From Oscillospiraceae bacterium (GTDB lineage Bacteria; Bacillota; Clostridia; Oscillospirales; Oscillospiraceae), in assembly GCA_902765595.1 (NCBI GenBank), contig CACXAQ010000007.1, positions 6,373 through 70,372 of the forward strand: a stretch of DNA of 64,000 nucleotides, given 5' to 3'. Positions 9,056 to 17,072 of the stretch are shown here, piece by piece. The position numbers and the translations under genes were made by a program. The notes beneath the pieces were generated by a model that worked only from the letters and a program-made list of their open reading frames with translations, did no database searches and was not told where the DNA came from. The first letter of the stretch is position 1, and each line of letters opens with the position of its first letter.

Positions 9056-10900
9056 ATGGCGCTCGACTACCGCAAATGCGCTGAAGAGATCTTTTCCCAT
9101 CTCGGCGGAAAGGACAACATCATCAGCGCGGCACACTGTGCCACCCGTCTGCGTCTTGTGATCGCGGACAACAGCAAGATCGACACCAAGGCGCTGGAGG
9201 AAGTGGAGGGCGTTAAGGGCCTGTTCGATTCCAACGGCCAGCTGCAGCTGATCATCGGCACCGGCACCGTCAACAAGGTCTATGACGAGTTCCTGGCCGT
9301 CACCGGACTGACCGCGGCCTCCAAGGCCGACGTCAAGGCCGCCGCCGCATCCCGCATGCCGCTGTGGAAGAAGATCCTCAAGACCCCTGGCGACGTGTTC
9401 GTGCCCATCCTGCCGGCCATCGTGGCGTCCGGTCTGATGATGGGTCTGGTCGAGGCCATCCCGAAGTTCTGGCCCGCCTTTGGCGCGTCCGACTGGTATT
9501 CGTTCCTTGACCTCGTGGCGAACACCGCCTTCGCCCTGCTGCCCGTGCTGGTGGCGATCTCCGCCGCCCGCGTCTTCGGCGGCAACGTCTTCCTCGGCGC
9601 GGTCATCGGTCTTATGATGGTGCACCCCGCGCTGATCAACGCCTGGACTGTCGGCAACTATGCCGCCGGCGAGATCCCGACCTGGCATCTGTTCTTCTTC
9701 AACGTCCAGCAGGTCGGCTATCAGGGCCACGTCATCCCGGTCATACTGGCAGTCCTTCTCATGTCAACGATCGAGAAGTGGCTGCATAAGAAAGTCCCCG
9801 AGATGATCGACCTCTTCGTCACCCCGCTGTGCACGGTGCTTGTCACCGCGTTCGTCACCTTCACCATCATCGGACCGATCTTCTCCATCCTGGAGAACTG
9901 GGTGCTGGCCGGCGCCAAGTGGCTGGCAAGCTCGCTGTTAGGCTCGCTTGTCATGGGCGCGATCTACCCCTGGACGGTCGTCATGGGTCTGCACCACATG
10001 TACAACGTCATCGAGGCCGGCATGATCGCCCAGACGGGGCTGAACACCTGGATGCCCATCGCCTCCGCCGCGAACTTCGCCCAGTTCGGCGCCTGCCTTG
10101 CCGTGGCGCTGAAGGTCCATAACCAGAAGACCAAGTCCGTGGCGCTGCCCTCCTCGCTCTCCGCCTCGCTCGGCATTACCGAGCCGGCCATCTTCGGTAT
10201 CAACTTCCGCTTTATGAAGCCCTTCCTCTGCGGCATGGCCGGCGGCGCAGTCGGCGCGCTTTTCGGCGCGCTGTTCGGGCTGGGCGCGCCCGTCTACGGC
10301 GTGACCGGCATCCCCGCCATCCCCGCCGTCAACAACGTTCCGCTCTATCTCGTCGAGCTGCTGATCGCCTCCGGCATCGCCTTTGCGCTGACCTGGATCA
10401 TCTGGAAGGAAGACAAGCCCGAGGAGAAGAAGGCCGCCGCTCCCGCGGAGGAGCCGACCGCCGAGCCGTTGCCCTCCGTGGTGCGCTGCACCGCGGGCGA
10501 GCTGCTGCAGCCCTGCAAGGGCAAGGTCATCGCCCGTGAGGAGATCCCCGACGACACCTTTGCCATGGGCATCCTGGGCGACGGTATCGGCGTCGTACCG
10601 GAAGACGGTGTCGTCCTCGCTCCCTTTGACGGCACGGTTACCTCCGTGTTCGATACCAAACACGCCATCACGCTGGAAAAGAACGGCATGGAAGTGCTGA
10701 TCCACATCGGCGTCAACACGGTCAACATGCAGGGCGAGGGCTTTACCGCCTTCGTCGAAGAGGGCGCCGAGGTCAAGGCCGGACAGAGACTTCTGGGCTT
10801 CGACCGCGACGCGATCGCCAAGGCCGGCTATAACGACACCGTCGTCATGCTGCTGACCAACTCCGACGATCTCGAGGGCGTCGAGTGCGGACTGAAGTGA
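9056..10900 (+). CDS. PTS glucose-class sugar transporter, fused EIIB-EIIC-EIIA
   Basis: 614 aa. N-terminal EIIB with the active-site Cys in AAHCATRLRL, a central polytopic EIIC, and a C-terminal EIIA(Glc)-like domain (VLIHIGVNTVNMQGEGF). Sugar specificity cannot be determined from the sequence. Confidence 0.85.
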   Translation: MALDYRKCAEEIFSHLGGKDNIISAAHCATRLRLVIADNSKIDTKALEEVEGVKGLFDSNGQLQLIIGTGTVNKVYDEFLAVTGLTAASKADVKAAAASRMPLWKKILKTPGDVFVPILPAIVASGLMMGLVEAIPKFWPAFGASDWYSFLDLVANTAFALLPVLVAISAARVFGGNVFLGAVIGLMMVHPALINAWTVGNYAAGEIPTWHLFFFNVQQVGYQGHVIPVILAVLLMSTIEKWLHKKVPEMIDLFVTPLCTVLVTAFVTFTIIGPIFSILENWVLAGAKWLASSLLGSLVMGAIYPWTVVMGLHHMYNVIEAGMIAQTGLNTWMPIASAANFAQFGACLAVALKVHNQKTKSVALPSSLSASLGITEPAIFGINFRFMKPFLCGMAGGAVGALFGALFGLGAPVYGVTGIPAIPAVNNVPLYLVELLIASGIAFALTWIIWKEDKPEEKKAAAPAEEPTAEPLPSVVRCTAGELLQPCKGKVIAREEIPDDTFAMGILGDGIGVVPEDGVVLAPFDGTVTSVFDTKHAITLEKNGMEVLIHIGVNTVNMQGEGFTAFVEEGAEVKAGQRLLGFDRDAIAKAGYNDTVVMLLTNSDDLEGVECGLK

Positions 10901-10935
10901 TCCACAACACCACTATATAAACGGAGGAAATAACC

Positions 10936-11196
10936 ATGAAGACTTTTGAGTACACCATCACCGATCCCGTGGGTATCCACGCCCGCCCCGCCGGCCTGCT
11001 GGTCAAGGAGATCAAGAACTTCGCCGGCTCCGCCGTCACCATCACCAAGGGTGAGAAGTCTGTCAACGCGCTCAAGCTGATGGCCCTGATGCAGATGGGC
11101 ATCAAGTGCGGCGACACCGTCAAGGTCGCCGTCGAGGGCGGAGACGAGGAAACCGTCGCTGCCGCGATCGAGGCTTTCTTCAAGGCCAATCTGTAA
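10936..11196 (+). CDS. ptsH: phosphocarrier protein HPr
   Basis: 86 aa. MKTFEYTITDPVGIHARPAGLLVKE carries the catalytic His-15 context, and a Ser-46 region is present. Confidence 0.92.
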   Translation: MKTFEYTITDPVGIHARPAGLLVKEIKNFAGSAVTITKGEKSVNALKLMALMQMGIKCGDTVKVAVEGGDEETVAAAIEAFFKANL

Positions 11197-11209
11197 GAGG
11201 ACACGGGAT

Positions 11210-11241
11210 AATACGGCTGCCGTTTCAGACAGCCGTATTTT
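11210..11241 (+). terminator. hairpin between ptsH and ptsI (partial terminator candidate)
   Basis: AATACGGCTG-10 nt-CAGCCGTATT followed by TTC. Confidence 0.45.
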
Positions 11242-11265
11242 CATAGGTAGGAAGGAGTATTTTGT

Positions 11266-12945
11266 ATGATCACCATCCAGGGAAAAGGCGTTTCCACCGG
11301 CGTTGCGGCCGGTCCGCTGTATTTCTACCAGAGAGCGTCGGCATCGCTGCGCCGCTATGAGGTCGACGACCGCGAGGCGGAATTCGCCCGCTTCAAGGAG
11401 GCCCAGGCCAAGGCGATCGAGCAGCTGGGCGTCCTGGCCGAGAAGGCCCGCGCCGAGGCCGGCGACGAGGCCGCCATGCTCTTTGAGACCCATCAGATGA
11501 TGTGCGAGGACATGGACTATGAAGAGGCGATCGAGGGCTTTATCAAGGAGTCCGGACTGAACGCCGAGGCCGCCGTCACCGACGCCGGCGCCATCCAGGC
11601 CGAGGCCTTTGCCGCCATGGACGACGATTATTTCAAGGCCCGCGCCGCCGATGTGAAGGACATCTCCGGCCGCATCGTGGGCATCCTCTCCGGCGTGGTG
11701 CAGGGCGGCATCGACTCCCCCGTGCCCGTGATCCTCGCCTCCGACGATCTCGCGCCGAGCGAGACGGTGCAGCTTGACAAGTCCAAGATCCTGGGCTTCG
11801 TCACCTCCGGCGGCTCGGGCTCGAGCCACACGGCGATCCTGGCGCGCACGATGGGCATCCCCGCCATCATCGGTGTGGGCGAGCAGCTCAAGAGCGAGTA
11901 TGCCGGCCGCGACGTCATCGTCGACGGCGGCACCGGCAGCGTGGTCGTCGACGCCGACGAGGACACCCGCGCCCGCCTGATGACCAAGCGCGCTGAGATC
12001 CTCAAGCGTCAGGAGCTTTTAAACCAGCTCAAGGGCCAGCCCAACGTGACGAAGGATGGCCAGGAGATCCGCGTTTACTGCAACATCGGCAACCCCGAGG
12101 ACGTGCACGCGGTGCTGGAAAACGACGGCGGAGGGATCGGCCTCTTCCGCAGCGAGTTCCTCTATCTCAACTGCGACGATTACCCCACCGAGGAATATCA
12201 GTTCGAGGCCTATAAGCGCGTGCTCTCCGACATGGGCGGTAAGGAGGTCGTCATCCGCACGCTCGACATCGGCGCGGACAAGATGATCGAATATTTCAAG
12301 CTCCCCCACGAGGAGAACCCGGCGCTCGGCAACCGCGCGCTGCGCATCTGCCTCAACCGTCCCGAGATCTTCCGCACCCAGCTGCGCGCGCTCTACCGCG
12401 CCTCCGCTTACGGCCGCCTTTCCATCATGTTCCCGATGGTCGCCTCCGTGTGGGAGGTCCGCGAGGCCAAGAAGATGTGCGAGCAGGTGAAGAAAGAGCT
12501 GACGGCCGAGGGCATCCCGTTCTCGGACGAGGTGGACGTGGGCATCATGATCGAGACCCCCGCCGCCGCCATGATCAGCGACCGGCTTGCCAAGGAGGTC
12601 GACTTCTTCTCGATCGGCACCAACGACCTGACCCAGTACACCCTGGCCTGCGACCGGCAGAACAACGATCTCGGCCGCTTCTTCGACGCCCACCATCCGG
12701 CGGTGCTGCGCCTCATTAAGATGGCTTGCGACAACGCCCACAAGGAGGGCATCTGGTGCGGCATCTGCGGCGAGCTCGGCGCGGATCTGGAGCTGACGGA
12801 GCTCTTCCTCTCCATCGGGCTCGACGAGCTGTCCGTCTCCCCGCGCGCGGTGCTGCCGCTGCGCCAGAAGGTGCGCGAGACCCAGGTGCGCACGGTGCGC
12901 GAAAAGAATCTGGCCGATCTCGCCGGCAGCGAAAGCCGGATCTGA
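11266..12945 (+). CDS. ptsI: phosphoenolpyruvate-protein phosphotransferase (PTS Enzyme I)
   Basis: 559 aa. GGSGSSHTAILARTMGIPAI (catalytic His) and a C-terminal PEP-utilising domain (FFSIGTNDLTQY). Confidence 0.95.
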   Translation: MITIQGKGVSTGVAAGPLYFYQRASASLRRYEVDDREAEFARFKEAQAKAIEQLGVLAEKARAEAGDEAAMLFETHQMMCEDMDYEEAIEGFIKESGLNAEAAVTDAGAIQAEAFAAMDDDYFKARAADVKDISGRIVGILSGVVQGGIDSPVPVILASDDLAPSETVQLDKSKILGFVTSGGSGSSHTAILARTMGIPAIIGVGEQLKSEYAGRDVIVDGGTGSVVVDADEDTRARLMTKRAEILKRQELLNQLKGQPNVTKDGQEIRVYCNIGNPEDVHAVLENDGGGIGLFRSEFLYLNCDDYPTEEYQFEAYKRVLSDMGGKEVVIRTLDIGADKMIEYFKLPHEENPALGNRALRICLNRPEIFRTQLRALYRASAYGRLSIMFPMVASVWEVREAKKMCEQVKKELTAEGIPFSDEVDVGIMIETPAAAMISDRLAKEVDFFSIGTNDLTQYTLACDRQNNDLGRFFDAHHPAVLRLIKMACDNAHKEGIWCGICGELGADLELTELFLSIGLDELSVSPRAVLPLRQKVRETQVRTVREKNLADLAGSESRI

Positions 12946-13007
12946 TCGCCAAACACCGAAAATGACAGGAGCCGCCCGATCCCGGGCGGCTCCGCTGACA
13001 AAGAGCT

Positions 13008-13478
13008 ATGAATATCTGCGTTTTTTCGGATTCCCACGGCTGCGCCGCGCACATGATCACGGCGATCGAGCGGGAGAAGCCTGCGCTGTGCTTCTTCCTC
13101 GGTGACGGCGAGCGCGATCTCGCCGCGGTGCAGGCGCGCTTTCCCGCCCTGCCGTTCTACGCGGTGAGAGGAAACTGCGACCCGCGCTCGACGCTCAGCG
13201 CCTCGCTGACGGCCACGGTGGGCGGCGTGTGCGTCTTTGCCACGCACGGGCATTTATACAACGTGAAATACGAGCCGGCGCTGGATTCCCTTTCCGCCGC
13301 GGCGGAAGTGAGCGGCGCAAGTCTCGCGCTCTTCGGCCACACGCACCATGCCGCGCTGGAGGAGCGCGGCGGCATCACCTTCCTCAACCCCGGCTCGATC
13401 GGCCGCACGGCGCACCCGGCGTATGCCGTTTTGACTCTGGACGGGGCGCGCTTCCGGGCGGAGCTGAAGACCGTTTAG
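13008..13478 (+). CDS. YfcE/MJ0936-family metallophosphoesterase
   Basis: 156 aa. MNICVFSDSHG...GDGERD...VRGNCD...THGH...FGHTHH motif series. Confidence 0.82.
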   Translation: MNICVFSDSHGCAAHMITAIEREKPALCFFLGDGERDLAAVQARFPALPFYAVRGNCDPRSTLSASLTATVGGVCVFATHGHLYNVKYEPALDSLSAAAEVSGASLALFGHTHHAALEERGGITFLNPGSIGRTAHPAYAVLTLDGARFRAELKTV

Positions 13479-13531
13479 CCGCTTCCGGCCGAAAACAGAA
13501 AAGCTGCGGTGAGACCGCGGCATGACGCCAT

Positions 13532-13580
13532 GAGGGACCGTTGCAAAATGAGAGTTTTGCAGCGGTCCCTCTTTCTGTTC
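13532..13580 (+). terminator. intrinsic terminator after the phosphoesterase gene
   Basis: 17-bp stem (GAGGGACCGTTGCAAAA / TTTTGCAGCGGTCCCTC, one G-U) followed by TTTCTGTT. Confidence 0.7.
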
Positions 13581-13703
13581 TAAAGAGTAAAAGAAACCGA
13601 GGATCTGCGGAAAAGAAGCCACAAATCTCTCGGTTATTGCACAGCAAAGCCAGCCCCAGCCCATAGACTGGCGCCAAATGTGGAAAAGGGATTCAATTAT
13701 TCA

Positions 13704-14058
13704 TCACGCAGCTGAAATCTCGGACAGATGCGTTCGCAATCGACCTTTGTCACGTTTCATCCAGAGCTTTTTCAGGTCAAAAGCAAGTGCCAGAAAGAAC
13801 AGCTCTGTGCGGATGTTCTTTCTTCCCCGCGTGAGAAAACGGCGGAACCCGAAGTCATTCTTAAGCAGGCCAAAGGCGCCCTCTACTTGGATCGACCGAC
13901 ATTGACGAAGATAGATACCGTAGTCTGAGGTGATGTTTTTATGCGATGCCTTCCGCAATTCCTGGAGTGTCTTGTTCACCCGCAGTTCCTTGGGCTGTTC
14001 AGCCTTCTTTGCCTGACAGCACTTCTCTCGGACCGGACAGCCGGAACAGCTTTCGCAG
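13704..14058 (-). pseudogene. IS1182-family transposase, C-terminal fragment (5'-truncated)
   Basis: Minus-strand translation gives ...YRCESCSGCPVREKCCQAKKAEQPKELRVNKTLQELRKASHKNITSDYGIYLRQCRSIQVEGAFGLLKNDFGFRRFLTRGRKN... It has no N-terminal part and abuts the integrase fragment. Confidence 0.7.
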
Positions 14059-14076
14059 CGGTATTCGCTTGATTTC

Positions 14077-14286
14077 CAAGTTACGCCTCATCAGCTCCGG
14101 CACACTTACATTACGAATTTGATTACCGCATCGGTGGATCCCAAGACAGTCCAATATCTCGCTGGGCATGAGAAGAGCAAAATGACTATGGACATCTATG
14201 CGAAAGTCAAATATAATAGGCCCGAACAGCTAATGGTTGCTGTTAATAGTGCATTTGGGCCTGTAGAATGCGAGTTGACCTCCTAA
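14077..14286 (+). pseudogene. tyrosine recombinase/integrase, C-terminal fragment
   Basis: Translation gives VTPHQLRHTYITNLITASVDPKTVQYLAGHEKSKMTMDIYAKV..., i.e. box II HxLRHT, a GH motif and the catalytic Tyr. Only ~70 codons remain and there is no start. Confidence 0.7.
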
Positions 14287-14299
14287 CAGGCTGGGGTGC

Positions 14300-14352
14300 C
14301 GGGTCAACTGAGAACGCCGCGAAAAACAGGGGTCAGGGTACGGGTCAACTGA
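14300..14352 (+). repeat. 12-nt direct repeat CGGGTCAACTGA x2 (possible recombinase arm/att-related sites)
   Basis: Exact copies at 14300-14311 and 14341-14352, immediately 3' of the integrase fragment. Confidence 0.4.
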
Positions 14353-14411
14353 CAAACCGCTCATTGAAAGACCAGTGCTTTCAATGATCTGCGCTCAAGC
14401 GAGTTTGTGAA

Positions 14412-14891
14412 GTGCGGTCTCAAACAAACCGGAAGACCTATGACAACGAGGCCTGGGTCCTGCAGGCGATGGAAGCCCAGGGCTTTGTCAGGAACGCCGA
14501 AGGGATCCTGGAAGCCCCCGCCGACGGCGGACTCCGCATGGAGATCCCCACGGCGCTGATCCCCAAATGCCCGGACGACGGGTCGGACGTGACCTTGAAC
14601 CTCCGGGCCGACGACTCCTTTGTGGAGGACGAGGGCTGGCACAGGGCCAGCGCGGCCTACGCGGATTTTCTCCGCCGCCACAAGGGGCTCCGGGTCCTGT
14701 TCCTGGAGATCGGCGTGGGCGGGAACACCCCGGTCATCATCAAGTACCCCTTCTGGAAAATGACCGGCGATAACCCCAGGGCCCTCTATGCCTGCCTGAA
14801 CCACCGGCAGGCGCTGTGCCCCAGGCAGATCGAACAGCAGTCGCTCTGCATCAGCGGGGACTGCGGCGAAGTGATCCGGCAGCTTTTGTGA
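14412..14891 (+). pseudogene. SIR2-family NAD-dependent deacylase-like gene, 5'-truncated
   Basis: 159-aa ORF (GTG). ...IPKCPDDGSDVTLNLRADDSFVEDEGWHRASAAYADFLRRHKGLRVLFLEIGVGGNTPVIIKYPFW... resembles the C-terminal half of ~290-aa clostridial Sir2-family proteins. The N-terminal NAD-binding half is absent. Confidence 0.55.
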
Positions 14892-14960
14892 TCCGCGGCG
14901 TCCCGCCGCAGGCCCGTCCCGCCCGGGACGGGGGAGAATCTATCGAATGAGGTGAAAGCA

Positions 14961-15767
14961 ATGATTTGTCCCTATTGTCGTTCCGAGGTCCGCGACGGCA
15001 GCAAGTTCTGCACCGAGTGCGGCGCGACCCTGAATCCCGCCGCCGTGCGGCAGGAGACCGGCCGGCTTGCCGCCAATACCGGGCTGATGCTGGGTGCCGC
15101 CGCCCGGGAGGCCAGACTCCGGCAGACGGTGACCGAGGATCAGCTCATCGGCGACCGGGCCTATAACGGCATCCTCCTGGGGGTGCTGCTCTGGGGCCTG
15201 CTGGTGAACGTGCTGCTGTGCGCCTTTGTGGGCGACGTGTACCGCTATGTCAATCCCATCGCTTTTCTGATCGGCTATGGGGTCTGCGCCATCGTCGGGA
15301 TCCTGATCGCCGGCCGGTCCCGCAAGCCCCTGGTGAGCTTCCTGGGCTACAATCTGGTGGTGCTGCCCTTCGGCCTGGTGATCTCCACCCTGGTGGCGGC
15401 CTACGGCGGCGTCGGCTCCCAGGTGGTGACGGACGCCTTCCTCTACACCCTGCTGATCGCCCTGGGCATGACCGGCGCGGCCCTGGCCTTTCCCAATCTC
15501 TTTGCCAGGCTGGGCGGCGCGCTGCTGGGCGTGCTGATCGGGCTGCTGGTCTGCGAGATCGTGCTGCTGATCCTGGGCCGCTATCAGACGGTGACGGACT
15601 GGATCGCCGCGGGGCTGTTCAGCCTGTATATCGGCTTTGACGTCTACCGCTCCCAGCAATTCGCCAAGACCGTGGACAACGCGGTGGACTGCGCGCTGGA
15701 CATCTATCTGGACCTGGCAAACCTCTTCGTCCGCCTGCTCTCGATCATGAGCAAAAAACGGGACTGA
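14961..15767 (+). CDS. Bax inhibitor-1/YccA-family membrane protein with an N-terminal zinc-ribbon
   Basis: ATG 14961 lies 7 nt after GAGGTG. MICPYCRSEVRDGSKFCTECG is followed by 6-7 TM segments and the C-terminal family motif ALDIYLDLANLFVRLLSIM. Confidence 0.75.
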   Translation: MICPYCRSEVRDGSKFCTECGATLNPAAVRQETGRLAANTGLMLGAAAREARLRQTVTEDQLIGDRAYNGILLGVLLWGLLVNVLLCAFVGDVYRYVNPIAFLIGYGVCAIVGILIAGRSRKPLVSFLGYNLVVLPFGLVISTLVAAYGGVGSQVVTDAFLYTLLIALGMTGAALAFPNLFARLGGALLGVLIGLLVCEIVLLILGRYQTVTDWIAAGLFSLYIGFDVYRSQQFAKTVDNAVDCALDIYLDLANLFVRLLSIMSKKRD

Positions 15768-15860
15768 GATCTTTATCCGAACAAAAAACAGACGCCTCTC
15801 CAGCGGTACTTCGAAAAGAAGGTGCCTTGAGCCGGCAATTGCCGACTCAAACGGATATGA

Positions 15861-15894
15861 AAACGGCGTGACCGAAATGGTCACGCCGTTTTTG
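15861..15894 (+). terminator. intrinsic terminator
   Basis: AAACGGCGTGACC-gaaat-GGTCACGCCGTTT followed by TT. Confidence 0.8.
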
Positions 15895-15920
15895 TCTCTT
15901 GGGTTTTGTGGGGCAAAATC

Positions 15921-16015
15921 GATGCTCATTGCAATGAGTATATGGCAAAACAGCCAAGCTGTTTTCCTGCGCGGCGAAAAGACTTTTCGCTTTTCGCCAT
16001 CATATCGTCATTATT
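15921..16015 (+). repeat. ~95-bp intergenic repeat, copy 1 (GATGCTCATTGCAATGAGTATATGGCAAAACAGC...)
   Basis: Matches the reverse complement of 26246-26352 along its length, apart from a few substitutions and a ~13-bp indel. Confidence 0.8.
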
Positions 16016-16048
16016 GAATCGGTTGGCTGAAGCATGATCCGTTGTCTC

Positions 16049-16744
16049 TTACCTCACGATGCTCATATAGGTGTTATACAGTTCGCCGATAACGTTCCGT
16101 ATCCGGATATAGGTGTCTCTGATCTCTCTGTTATCCGACAGGTAAAGATAATCCTCGGATCTGATCAGATCCATCAGGATCTTCTTGCTTTCGTATTCTT
16201 TTACCGGATCGGAAGCCGTTTTGGTTTCCAGCTTTTTCAGATAAGCGCGTAAGAATTCCAGGTATCGTCCATCCAGCTCTCTTTCCCTGCAGAGATCCTT
16301 GAGACGTTTATGATAAGAATAAATGTCCCGGGCGATAAACCTGCTCCAGTATTGCGGCTGTTCTTTCGCATATCCGTGGCCAAAGGGTGTGCTGACATCA
16401 TTGCCCGATACCAGTATCCTGCGCCTGTAACAGTCCCTCAGTTTCCGAAATATTTCCCCGTTCGTTCCGGTGAAAGAGGAAAAGTCTTCATGAAGCATGC
16501 TCTCCACGATGGCTGTGTTCGTCTCCGTGTCACTGATATCTGTTTCCGAGACCCAATACGGATAGGAGCCATCCATGCTGCCGAGCAAAACAAGCTTTTC
16601 GCCGTCAGGCAGGTACGCGAACTCAAGGACTCTTTTCCTGCTCAAATCCTGTCGATATCCCGGCTTGACCAGCCCATAACGGGGAGCCAGATTGAGATAG
16701 CTGAGATCCTTTTCATCTATATCCTTTTTTCTGAACAGTTTCAT
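16049..16744 (-). CDS. hypothetical protein (low-GC orphan)
   Basis: 231-aa ORF with no signal peptide or TM and no motif I recognise. G+C is visibly lower (high-40s % in sampled lines) than the flanks. Confidence 0.6.
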   Translation of the reverse strand: MKLFRKKDIDEKDLSYLNLAPRYGLVKPGYRQDLSRKRVLEFAYLPDGEKLVLLGSMDGSYPYWVSETDISDTETNTAIVESMLHEDFSSFTGTNGEIFRKLRDCYRRRILVSGNDVSTPFGHGYAKEQPQYWSRFIARDIYSYHKRLKDLCRERELDGRYLEFLRAYLKKLETKTASDPVKEYESKKILMDLIRSEDYLYLSDNREIRDTYIRIRNVIGELYNTYMSIVR

Positions 16745-16858
16745 GTGTTTGCCTCCGACAGATCCCGATTCTTCCCGATCATTGTACCATTGCTGACTGG
16801 CTCGGTCAATTCCATCGCGTTCAAACGGAAAGGAGGCACTTCCTTACGAAGTGCCTCC

Positions 16859-17023
16859 TCAAGCTGTCGACAAAGTGTCGACAGCTTGAGGAGCAAAACG
16901 GGGAACTTCCGAAAAAGTTCCCCGTTTTGCATAGATTGAACGTGAAGAGGGGATTCCCATCCCCTCTTCACAATCACCCCATGCGTGTCGGAGCCTTACT
17001 GCACGGGTTTGTCTACAGTCTGA
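16859..17023. mobile_element. MITE-like hairpin-rich element, copy A (165 bp), flanked by a 27-bp duplicated terminator hairpin
   Basis: Same sequence as 46866-47011. Imperfect TIRs TCAAGCTGTCGACAAA / TTTGTCTACAGTCTGA. Three long perfect hairpins. Flanking direct repeats GGAGGCACTTCCTTACGAAGTGCCTCC at 16832-16858 and 17024-17050. Confidence 0.7.
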
Positions 17024-17072
17024 GGAGGCACTTCCTTACGAAGTGCCTCCTGCGTCTTTTGCTGTCGAGAAA

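Noticed and set aside
13600-13704. The IS1182-family remnant as the autonomous partner of the MITE.
   Set aside because: The sequence downstream of the transposase stop (…CCCATAGACTGGCGCC…) does not contain the MITE terminal repeat TCAGACTGTAGACA / TCAAGCTGTCGACA. The link is therefore only a family-level speculation.
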